From Macrostomum lignano (taxonomy: Eukaryota), in NCBI GenBank assembly GCA_002269645.1, contig NIVC01001175.1, forward strand, positions 141,709 through 205,708: a DNA stretch of 64,000 nucleotides. The letters are read 5' to 3'. A program made the position numbers and the translations under genes. Shown here in pieces: positions 46,001-56,500 of the stretch. The notes under the pieces are model-generated. The model did not search any database. It was not told where the DNA came from and worked only from the letters and a program-made list of their open reading frames with translations. Position 1 is the stretch's first letter, and every line of letters begins with the position of its first letter.

Positions 46001-49000
46001 CACTTGTCAGCAACAATTCCGAAATCCAACCGAATTTTCGATCTCTTTGAATTGTAGCCGCAGCTGAAAACCTCGAGCTTGTCCTGTCGAATAAGAAGTT
46101 TGTCAAGTTTAATAGTTTTCTTTTCAATGGCTGTTTTGGAAAGTTGTGTGTGTTGGCACTGTAAACCAATCGGTTACAAACATTTTTGTGTGAAGCGGAG
46201 TAGCTTGGCGGTTAACGATTCTGACTCTGTAGTCATACATGCGCAAGGACCAACCCCAAAGCACAGAGCGTACATGCCTGATGATTAAAAAGTCCGGATC
46301 GCTGTACACCCTGTGTATTCAATACCTTTTAGGATCAATCTACACTTGGTCCCAAAAAACACTCCACAACAAAAAGGTAGGTTAAATTTAAGCATGGAGC
46401 ATACATGCGCGATGGTGGATGCGAGTGTGGATGGACTTCTTCGGAGACCAGACCTCACCCGACTGCCCATTGGCTGATTCTGATGCTCCTCAACTCCGCA
46501 ACAATCTTACCCTACCCCAACTCTATGACTCGATATTTGACATACCAGTATGACTGCGCATTGCTGTGGTGTTGTAAGCGATCCTAAGATTACTAAGCAA
46601 TGTAGCGATTCTTTCTGATTGTTTGGTGTGTGCTATATAGTCGAATTAGACCAGAATGTCTCAAGTTCGGGTACCTGTAATAAAAGTGTCTCAAGACCGT
46701 TCTCACCATCTCATCAGAGTCGCCCAGGCCCACAGCCAGCCAGTCGAATGTGTGGCCGAAAATCTCAAACAGCAGCTGGTTGGACGCTGGCATCGGGGTG
46801 ATCAACACGCCGTAGCGGCAGCCGCCGCGGGTGTCGCATGACGGCGGGTAGAGAGCGCAGGTCTTGGTGGAGCCGCAACCGAACATGGTCGGCATGGACT
46901 GCAGCGTGTCCTGTGGGAGGGACGCGTACCAAACTGAAGTTAGAAAATGTTTTAATATCATTTGGCTAGACCCACGGGCCACATGCGGCTAGCGAAGCCT
47001 CTCTATCCGGGTTTTTGGGTCCTTTGAAACTTCGCAATAGCAATCCGTCCGCTCAAGGTTGGTGTCTCTTTTCAGCTCTCTCTCTCCTCTCTTCTCTCCT
47101 CTCTTCCCTCCTCTCCCCTCTCCTCTCTCTCCCCTCTCATCTCTCTCCCCTCCCCTCTTCTCTCCCCTCTCCCCTCTCTCCTCTCGTCTCTCCTCTCTTC
47201 TCTCCCCTCTCCTCTCTCTCCTCTCTTCTCTCCCCTCTCCTCTTTTCCCTCTTCTTTCTCCTGTCTCTTCACTCCCTTCTTCTCTCCTCTTTTATTTTAT
47301 CTTTTCACTCATCCCAACTATGGCCTCTACTCTCATCTCTCATCTCTCATCTCTCATCTCTCATCTCTTATCTCTCATCTCTCATCTCTCAACTTCTATT
47401 TGCTCTCCATTCCACTCTCATCTAGCCCACAGCCAAGAGTTGGATTATTTATCTGACCTTTGAGGTAAAAAAACCTTGCCTACCCCTGATTTGAGTGCTT
47501 TGTTGTTGATCTCTACAGTATTCTAATCTTTACTTAAATGTATTTGCAGTGCTTTAACAAATTAATAAATTTAGCTAAGTTGACAAGGCCCAAACTGAAA
47601 TTTGATTGCTGATCATTTTAGACGTTAGTTCCAGAAAAATGTACATTTTGAGTTGGGTATCGAAATGAAATAAAATAACGCGTTTGTTACATTCTGATAC
47701 TCGTACAGCAGTGATTGACTTCTAGTGATCCTTGATCGAAACCTTGAACCAGCAGTCTCAGTGCAGTCGGCACTGTCGCGACTCTGATCATATTTCATGT
47801 CATATTTGTTCGGAAAAAATTCTATAATTGACTCACATTTCCCAAGGAGAAACTGGCGGGCCCAGCTGAGTTGGGAATGATGGCGCTCTGGATTTCTGTC
47901 TGGTACTTCTCAAATTCAATCACGACAGTGGCGCTGGAGCAAAAAATCAAGAAAGTTATTCGATATTATTTTATAGGAAAGTACAATATGCACTTTTGTT
48001 TATGCGAACTCACGAGAACATTATGGGGCCTTCGTTGGTGGCAGGCGCGGTCCAAGTGCACGTAACCGAGCTGTACATGTCTTTGCCTGCCGTCGAGTGC
48101 CCGACGCAGTTGTTTTCCTGAAAATTTGTCGAGGTAAAACGATGCTTCTAAGGATTTTCTTATCGATTTAAAATCGCGACTATTTGTCATCGAAAGCGAT
48201 GCAGTTCGCCTCACCCCGCCTGGCGCGTACACAGAGAAGTATCTTGGCGGGACAGTCATGCCGGCGGAGGTTGAACAGGCGAAGCTGCCCAGCAGGGGGC
48301 CGAGGTTGGTGTTAGTATAGCCGTTCGATGCTCGGACTGCTTTCATTACGAAGCCGGCGAATTTCGTTGAGCTCGAGACTCCGGCCAGGGTCACTGCGAA
48401 GACAGGTTTTGTGGGAAGCTCAGTTCATGTTAAACTGAGGCATTTACTTTTTGAAATAAATTTTGCGTAAGAATAGTTTTACCTGTCAGAGTGTCCCCTA
48501 CACTCCAGCTGGTCTTACTGACGGAGATGCTGAACTGCTCTTTGCCAGCGATGCCCGGATACATGTTCATCGCATCCACTGGCATCTTGCCCTTGCTGTG
48601 AAATGGCTGCTGGTTGAGGCACGCGAATGCCGGCGGTCCAGATGGGAATGCTGCAATAACAGGATCTCAGGTGTTAGAGACTCAATCTACACTTATCTTT
48701 ATTGAGTTCGTACCCCGTTTGTTTATTTTATTTTATTATCAAATAAAATAAGACTAAAATTCGACTAAAAGAAGGGGTTGTAGCCTAGTGGTTGGAGCGT
48801 CGGACTCATGACTGAATGGTCGGGGGTTCGATTCTCGACCCAATTTGAACAATTTGTGTCCTTGAGCAAGACGCTTAACTCTGCATTGCTTCAGTTCACC
48901 CAGCTGTAAAATGGGTGCCAGCATTAGCTGGGATAACTGAGGGTGTGTGTGGCGACCCCCCCCCCAGTCCTTACGCAGCAGCCGTACGCAGCCGATGCGC

Positions 49001-49196
49001 CGCGCAATAGCTGTGGCTGAGCTGTCGGTTGCACATCTGCCCATTCGGGCAGGTGTAATCAATAATAATTATTTTTATTAATATTGTAATTATAAAACAT
49101 TGTTGAGAAACTTTAAAAAAATCTTCTAATCTCACCATCAACAAAGACGGCTGCCACCACAGACACAAAGATGGCGAATAGCGTGGCGGTACACAT
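43013..49196 (-). CDS. FRRS1: Ferric-chelate reductase 1-like protein (signal peptide, reeler, DOMON, cytochrome b561), ~656 aa
   Basis: complement(join(43013..43227,43889..44020,44681..45037,45112..45231,45392..45620,45982..46063,46652..46674,46707..46910,47837..47933,48014..48117,48215..48393,48483..48650,49136..49196)) = 1971 nt in one frame. Reeler: FPSGPPAFAC, FAGFVMKA, TWTAP. DOMON: GCGSTKTC, WLAVGLGDSDEM, ISCQFVR, GKH. Four b561 His: QTHG, WFLIH, VHG, RLHRW. The two exons between 45982 and 46674 are tentative. Confidence 0.85.
43340..43590. repeat. 15-bp minisatellite (ccgagatttccccac)
   Basis: Direct periodicity, intronic. Confidence 0.9.
44133..44420 (+). mobile_element. Probable tRNA-derived SINE family B
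   Basis: A box tagcccagtgg and B box ggctcgattcc at tRNA-like spacing; partial similarity to 12225-12370. Confidence 0.5.
47075..47390. repeat. CT-rich low-complexity tract and (ctcatct)n
   Basis: Composition. Confidence 0.85.
48774..49080 (+). mobile_element. Near full-length tRNA-derived SINE family A copy in FRRS1-like intron 1
   Basis: Head ggggttgtagcctagtggttggagcgtcggactcatgactgaatggtcgggggttcgattctcgacc (A and B boxes), shared body, AT-rich tail. Confidence 0.85.
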
Positions 49197-49708
49197 TGGA
49201 ACTAGCAGATAGTGGCAAAGTCTTGAAGCTTGAATGATAGCTGCAATTCCTTACTCTTACAAGGTTTGCAGGAGGAGCAGAAACTAGCTATTAATATGCT
49301 CTCGTAGAATCCGTCTCGTGAGAAGTGGAGGCTGGGCGGTGGACCACTTCTAACCCCAAAGCAACAATTGTAAACGCCTCTCGGCTTCTCGGTCTCTGAT
49401 CTATCTTTCTGTCTCTCACAAAGATTTGTAAGAATAGAAGCATTTGCAATCTTTCAACGCAGTGCTGGACAGAAGAAATGGGTGGGGTGAGAGGGGTTAT
49501 TACTGCATGGCATGCAGTTTTTTTTAACCCAAGCCCACCTTTCGGCAGCAAACTATCAACAAACCTAATTTTGCATTCCCGCTGTTTATCTCTGCTCTGT
49601 CTTTGCATTCTTTCTTTGTCTGACAAGAGTCTGTGAACTCGTAGGCTGTTAGCATGCTCTACAATTAAGGAGCTTCTTCATACAGTACAGACAGTAGTAG
49701 GGCGAATT

Positions 49709-50150
49709 ATGATACTGCCGCACTAGCACTGGCGAGATAGGCGGCAATGCAAATGTATAGGGAAAAATACACTGCGGAGATATGAGCCCTATCTCTGTGC
49801 ATTGGGGACGGCTAAGCACTGCAGAGATATGAGCTCTATCTCTGTGCATTGGGGACGGCTAAGCACTGCAGAGATATGAGCTCTATCTCTGTGCATTGGG
49901 GACGGCTAAGCACTGCAGAGATATGAGCTCTATCTCTGTGCATTGGGGACGGCTAAGCACTGCAGAGATATGAGCTCTATCTCTGTGCATTGGGGACGGC
50001 TAAGCACTGCGGAGATAGAGGCGATTCATGATACTGCCGCACTAGCGCTGGCGAGATAGGCGGCAAAAAGGATATAGGAAAAATACACTGCGGAGAGGAT
50101 CCTATCTCTGTGCATTGGGAACGGCTAAACATTGCAGAGATAAGAGGGGT
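49709..50150. repeat. Subterminal repeats of the Maverick: ~5 x 47-bp hairpin-forming units within a duplicated ~120-bp block
   Basis: The unit core atctctgtgcattggggacggctaagcactgc begins at 49791, 49838, 49885, 49932 and 49979. The block at 49709 recurs at 50028. Confidence 0.9.
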
Positions 50151-50358
50151 GGCCAATCTCTGTGCTCTGTGTTAGGGTAAGGTTATAAAGTTTTACAACT
50201 GCACAGAGGACGGCTGGTGTTGCTTACCTGGATAAGGGGACGGGGGGATACACTAATTACAGCCAGTGGCCTCTATAACGGTAAAGTAATTATTACCTGA
50301 GCATGGCTGGATGTTCATATACGATATGATAAGGAGAGGGCATGCATGTACAAATTAC

Positions 50359-50366
50359 TATATAAG
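50359..50366 (+). promoter_or_regulatory. Candidate TATA box (TATATAAG) for Maverick ORF1
   Basis: About 100 nt upstream of ATG 50468. Confidence 0.5.
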
Positions 50367-50467
50367 CAGCCACGCAAGTACAAATAAACAAATAGACAAA
50401 AACAAATTGTATAAAAGGATTTTTAAAAACCTTACTACTTCTAAAAAACAACTCTTTCTCTTTCAAA

Positions 50468-51841
50468 ATGAAAACTTTTAAAAGTTGTCATAGAGACCTC
50501 TATGAGGTCTGTATAAGCTGCGAAGTGTGCCTGCTTGGAGGCGTGTCCCCAAGACACCACGAGAATGAGAACTGTCTGGTCTCATGCTGGTTGGCATGCG
50601 ACCAGTGCGGCACCGTCGAAGCTCTGCAGGAGGGAAAAATTCCAGCATATCATCGAGGACACAAGATCGTCAGCGATGACAAGAAAAAGCAAGAAAGTAA
50701 CCGCTGGAAAGTAATCCGCGCCATCAAAAAGAGCAACGAGAGAGAAAAGAAGAGCCAGCAGAAAAAGGGAGCCAACAGGAGTCTGCTATCAGCTCACTTG
50801 AGTCAAGTAATTGACTCTACATTGAAGAGGATGAGGCCAAGCGGGTCTTCAGCAGCTGCAGAATTTGAAGTTGAGCTGTCTGCTGGAGTCGAGGCTGCTG
50901 GAGTCGAGGCTGCTGGAGTCGAGGCTGCTGGAGTCGAGGCCGCTGGAGTCGAGGCTGCTGGAGTCGAGGCTGCTGGAGTCGAGGCTGCTGCTGTCATAAA
51001 CTTCATAGAGGAAGATGTCCTGGATCAGTTCCTCAGGGAATTCAACGCTGGTCAGCAGCAGCAGCAGCAGCAACCTGTCTCTTCGGTTCCGGTGATTGCT
51101 GGAAAACAACTTCATCTAATTGAAGACGACCACGAAATGGAAATCCTAGAAGAGGAGGGCAGCGACAATGAGTCGCATAATGCAATTGTGCCACCTGCAG
51201 CTCCAGCCGCCCCAGCTGCTCTGGCCGCCCCAGCTGCTCTGGCCGCCCCAGCTGCTCTGGCCGCCCCAGCTGCTCTGGCCGCCCCAGCTGCTCTGGCCGC
51301 CCCAGCTGCTCCAGCCGCCCCAGCTGCTCTGGCCGCCCCAGCTGCTCCAGCCGCCCCAGCTGCTCTGGCCGCCCCAGCTGCTCTGGCCGCCCCAGCTGCT
51401 CTGTCCGCCCCAGCTGCTCTGTCCGCCCCAGCTGCTCTGGCCGCCCCAGCTGCTCTGGCCGCCCCAGCTGCTCTGGCCGCCCCAGCTGCTCCAGCCGCCC
51501 CAGCTGCTCTGGCCGCCCCAGCTGCTCTGGCCGCCCCAGCTGCTCTGGCCGCCCCAGCTGCTCTGGCCGCCCCAGCTGCTCTGGCTGCCCCAGCTGCTCC
51601 AGCCGCCCCAGCTGCTCTGGCCGCCCCAGCTGCTCCAGCCGCCCCAGCTGCTCTGGCCGCCCCAGCTGCTCTGGCTGCCCCAGCTGCTCCAGCCGCCCCA
51701 GCTGCAGCCTCTACAATTCCAGCTTCTCAATCCGAAACTCCACCCGTGCCAGCTGGAGTTGCCTTCTTTCTGCCTCCTGTCGGCGGGGCTGGGTACGAGG
51801 TAACGATTTTCGAAAATCGTATTAGAATTGTGCCGCTGTGA
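50468..51841 (+). CDS. Maverick accessory protein: Cys/His-rich putative zinc-binding N-terminus, basic region, AGVEA and APAALA repeats (457 aa)
   Basis: Open ATG-initiated ORF with non-repetitive N- and C-termini and in-frame 15-bp and 18-bp repeats. No family recognised. Confidence 0.6.
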   Translation: MKTFKSCHRDLYEVCISCEVCLLGGVSPRHHENENCLVSCWLACDQCGTVEALQEGKIPAYHRGHKIVSDDKKKQESNRWKVIRAIKKSNEREKKSQQKKGANRSLLSAHLSQVIDSTLKRMRPSGSSAAAEFEVELSAGVEAAGVEAAGVEAAGVEAAGVEAAGVEAAGVEAAAVINFIEEDVLDQFLREFNAGQQQQQQQPVSSVPVIAGKQLHLIEDDHEMEILEEEGSDNESHNAIVPPAAPAAPAALAAPAALAAPAALAAPAALAAPAALAAPAAPAAPAALAAPAAPAAPAALAAPAALAAPAALSAPAALSAPAALAAPAALAAPAALAAPAAPAAPAALAAPAALAAPAALAAPAALAAPAALAAPAAPAAPAALAAPAAPAAPAALAAPAALAAPAAPAAPAAASTIPASQSETPPVPAGVAFFLPPVGGAGYEVTIFENRIRIVPL

Positions 51842-52734
51842 CTAAGCAATTTTTGTACTTTTTTGCTTTCTGTGTGGAGTGAGAAATCTACCCATTTATT
51901 GCAATTATTGCTAAAACTTTATTTCAACTAGCTTTTTAAAGTTGAAAGTAGGTACATTAATTAATGATTTGATCATCTCATAACTCTGTATTCGCTTCTA
52001 GGAATCTTGCTTATAAGTTTTCAGTTTTCATTTCCAAATTAGTTTTAAAAAAAGCTCGTAGCTCGTAGTGGCAACCAATATTTTTTTGGTATCCGAGGTA
52101 AAAAAAAATTATTTGAAAAGTAGGTGAAACATTATACAGTTGAATTTAACAAATTAAAATCAACATAACATACTTTCAATAAATTGGTGATGGTTTCGTA
52201 TGCTTGGTGCGATTGATTAGGTATAATTTTCTTTCTACTGCTTTGACGCGGTGTTTCCTCATTCTTTAATTATTGAACTTTTCAGCTATATTTCTGCTTC
52301 TAAACTCTCGTCTGTATTTGTAATTCATTGTTCCATGCATTGTTTATTGACTATGATTGCACCATGTGAATTCGATATTTTTTTAAAAAATATATATATA
52401 ATGTCAGCATTTTTCCACTCGGTGATTGGTTTGTTAATTAACTATTGGCTTCATTTTGCATTTTTTACCGATTGAGTCTGCGTAGGAGGCAAATAGAAAC
52501 GAACTTTTACGAATAGGGATCAATAGAATATGCATGCAGAGAGCTAGCTTAAGGGAGAACCAAAAAAATATAACCAGCATCTACTAGCTTGTAAGTGTGG
52601 ATATTGTACCAGTATTGCAGCAATAAAGACTTACGAAAAAAGATTTCAAATATTCACTCCCAGTTGCTTATGACACTCAGTTGCAGCCAGTAAACACTGT
52701 CAGCTTTTAACTGCTTGCCTTTTCTATGGTTGAG

Positions 52735-53100
52735 CACTCCTGGATGGAGCAGGAGAATGACCACTCATGGATGGAGAATGACCACTCATGGATGGAGAAT
52801 GACCACTCATGGATGGAGAATGACCACTCATGGATGGAGAATGGCCACTCGTGGATGGAGGATGACCACTCGTGGATCGAGTATGACCACCCTTGGGTGG
52901 CCATGACGTCAGCAGCGAGTCAGCAGCCAGCAGCGAGTCGGCAGCCAGCAGCGAGTCGGCAGCCAGCAGCGAGTCGGCAGCCAGCAGCGAGTCAGCAGCC
53001 AGCAGCGAGTCAGCAGCCAGCAGCGAGTCAGCAGCCAGCAGCGAGTCAGCAGCCAGCAGCGAGTCAGCAGCCAGCAGCGAGTCAGCAGCCAACAGCGAGT
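52735..53100. repeat. 21-bp (gatggagaatgaccactcatg) and 18-bp (gccagcagcgagtcagca) tandem repeats, possibly coding (ORF 52726-53106)
   Basis: Direct periodicity; both unit lengths are multiples of 3. Confidence 0.85.
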
Positions 53101-53544
53101 CGGTGACTGATGCACACCAAGGTAAGTGCCTTTATTTATCCTTTTCAACTTACTTAAAAATTTTCTTATCAATGCGATGTATATTATGCAGTCTAAAATT
53201 TTAGTCCAAAGAATGGGAGAAGGGGAGATAAAAGACTTTATACCGGTAGGGTTGTACATGTATGCTTGGGTACAGACGTTTAGTTTAGTATCTTTGATAT
53301 TTGAAACTATAGGCAGCAAAAAACAAAAATATTATCCTAAAACCACAAACCAGGTTCAACAGTCAGCTTCAGCAGAGTTGCCCAAGCCTATGATCAATCA
53401 CTGGAAATACTGAGGCTCAGATCGAGTCACCCAGACACGCTTCCGTCAGAATTTTTTGTCCAAGCTGGAGACAAAATTATTGAGGCAGTTCAGCAAAGAA
53501 TTTCAAGACATCATTACAAAGTTCAGCTAAAGGCGAATATTCGA

Positions 53545-56500
53545 ATGGTCCGAATAAGAGATGGGGAGATGCTTGCCGAAGAGGACAGATGGATAAGCTG
53601 TAAAATGCAGGCCCTAGACCTAGGTGGTGAAGCAGGCCGTTTAAACAACTGGTTGATTGAGCAGGAGCAGGAGTTGGAGAGGATCTGTAGTATGATTAAT
53701 ACGAACGGCAGTGGCTGGACAATTAAACAAATTAATTTTCTAGACATCAACCTTGCCAGGTACAATCCAATTCGATTTCGCCAGGGCAGAGCCGTTAGAT
53801 TCAATCTTCCTGCCAGTTTGAAGAACAAAAAGGCTGTTATCAATCCACCGAGCACAGGCAAAGACTGTTTCCTGTACGCCTGTCTCGCTGCACTGCACAG
53901 CGCCGATCCGAAAGTTCAGAAATCGCCCAACAGAATATCCTCTTACGATGAATGGTTGCGTGAGCTGGACTTTGCAGAAATCTCCATGCCAGTGAGTGTC
54001 GCTGATATCGATCGCGTCGAGTCTAACAATCCAGGAATTTGCATTTCTGCGTTCTCTTGGCAGCAGGGCAGTGTGACTCTTCTCCGTCGCCGCAAGCATG
54101 AGTCAGATGACCGAAGACACCTCATGCTTTTGCTAGTTAAAGACAGCTACGGATCGGAGCACTGGTGTGCAATTACTAATTTTGACAGGTTAATGAACAG
54201 TCGTAATGGTCCCGCCATGAGGAAGTGGTGCACGAAATGTTTAACATCATTTTATAGCAACGAGAGGCTTCAAGAGCACAGGAACGAATGCAGCATTACT
54301 GCAGAAAATCCTGTCAAAGAAACGCTTCCAGTTCCAGGACAGAATGAAATAAAGTTCCGAAACTGTCAAAACACTGTCAGTCCACCATTCGTTGCCTATG
54401 CCGACCTGGAAGCCATTTTGCGAGCGAACACAGACCCTGCTAACCTGATCTCAAAGCATGAACCATGTGCAGCAGCTTTTCTTGCAGTGCCTCGTGAAGG
54501 CATGACAGGACCTCCGCTTAGGCCAGAAGGAGACATGTACAAGGTCTTTTGCAATGCGGACCCTGATGAGTGTATCCTTGGTTTTCTCAAATCTCTTGAA
54601 AGCCTGGCTCAGGATATATTTCACTGGAACCAGAAGCATAGCCACCAGCCGGCTGACCGATCATCCGCGACCGTCATGGATGATTTCAATTCTGCTGAGG
54701 TATGTCACTACTGCAAGAAGAACTTTAAAAGTTCTACAGATAAACATTTTGACCACGATCATTTAAATGGACAGTACAAAGGTGCAGCATGTCAAGAATG
54801 CAACCTGCGAGCACAGCTCCGACGCCGGTTTCTGCCCCTGGTTTTTCACAACTTAGGCGGCTACGACCTTCATCTTCTACTTTCCACTGCGCTTGGGAGC
54901 ATGAAAAATTGGAAACTTAGTGTTGTTCCGCAATCATCCGAGCGATACTTGTCACTAAGGGCGGAATTCCCTGTTGCAAGTTACGTAAAGAACGGAAAAG
55001 TTGTGCCAATCATGTTTACAATTCAGTTCATCGACTCGCTCTGCTTTTTGAAGGGAAGTTTGTCCAATTTGTTTGCTAATCTTCCCGAAGCTGAATGCAA
55101 GCTGACAATGCAAATGCTTGAGTCAAGACCACATCTTTCAAGAGAGCTACTTCGAAAAAAAGGGATTTTCCCATATGATTACCTCACAGGATTTGAGATT
55201 CTCGAGCAGTCGGTTTTGCCGCCTAAAGATGCTTTTTTTAATCGACTTTCCGATCGGGGAATTTCCGACGACGACTACAATAGAGCAAGAGCGGCATGGG
55301 CGGCATTTCAATGCAAAAGTTTGAAGGATTATATGCTCGCCTATCTTGAAATGGATGTAAGGCAGCTGGCTGACATTTTCGAGACATTCCGACAGGCCAG
55401 TCTGAAAGAGGACGGATTGGATCCGGTACACTACTTTACTACTCCTGGTTTGTCTTACGACTCAGCTCTAAAGTCGACTGGAGTGGTTCTAGAGCAGCTG
55501 ACTGATGCTGACATGTATCATCTGTTTGAGAAGGGAATACGAGGAGGCATGTCCTTCATTAATGTGCATTGCGTCAAAGGTAATAATCCTAGCTTGCCAG
55601 GTTATGATGATCAGCAAGAGAGTGTAAGCCTCATGCCGATCGATATGAACAACTTGTATGGCTTTGCCCTGTCGCTTCCGCTTCCATGCAGGGAATTCAG
55701 GTGGGTACCGGAACAGGAAATCCAGTTCTGGGACTCCAATCGGTTTCTGTCACTCAATCCAGAAGCCGAGATCGCCTACCTTGTTCAACTCGATCTAGAA
55801 TACCCAGCTGAGATTCACGATTCGACTCAGGAGTTACCGTTTGCACCTGAAAAATCAAAACCACAGCCAGATCAATTCTCGCCGTACATGGCCGAACTAT
55901 GGAAAGAGATTGCTGAACAGCGAACTGGCAATGCTGAAGCTAAGTTTCAAGCAACGGAGAAGCTTCTACTCACCTGTACCGACAAGGATTCTTACGTAGT
56001 TCACAGCACCGTTTTAAGATTTTACCTGCAACACGGAATGCGGATCAAGTGCGTCAAAAAAATGATTTCGTTCAAGCAGGAAAATATTTTCGCGCCGTAC
56101 ATTGCCAGCAACAATGAAAAAAGAGCTTTGGCAACTTCCGAGTTTGCTAAGGATTTTTACAAATTGAAAAACAATTCTCTCTTTGGAAAAACTATGGAGA
56201 ACGTTCGAAAAAGATGCGATGTTCGAATTTGCACTAACCAGACTCAAGCAGAAACTTGCGCCTCTCGACCAAACTGTGCCGCATTCTCGATTATCAATGA
56301 GTCGTTGAGCATTTTTCAGCTCAAAAAAGATAAAGTCACGCTTGACAAGGCCATTTTCGTTGGCCAGGCAGTTCTCGATCTCTCTAAGATGGCCATGTAC
56401 AGCCTACTATATGACAGGCTCCGACCGCTGTTCTGTCATTCAGACGGTTCCAGAGACATGATGCTTTGCGGAGGTGATACTGACTCATTTTTTCTAGCTT

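Noticed and set aside
48774-48845. tRNA gene with CAT anticodon
   Set aside because: The anticodon and acceptor stems pair poorly and the sequence continues into a multi-copy SINE body; it is a SINE head.
49791-50020. CRISPR-like palindromic repeat array
   Set aside because: Units are contiguous and identical with no unique spacers, there are no cas genes, and the context is a eukaryotic virus terminus.
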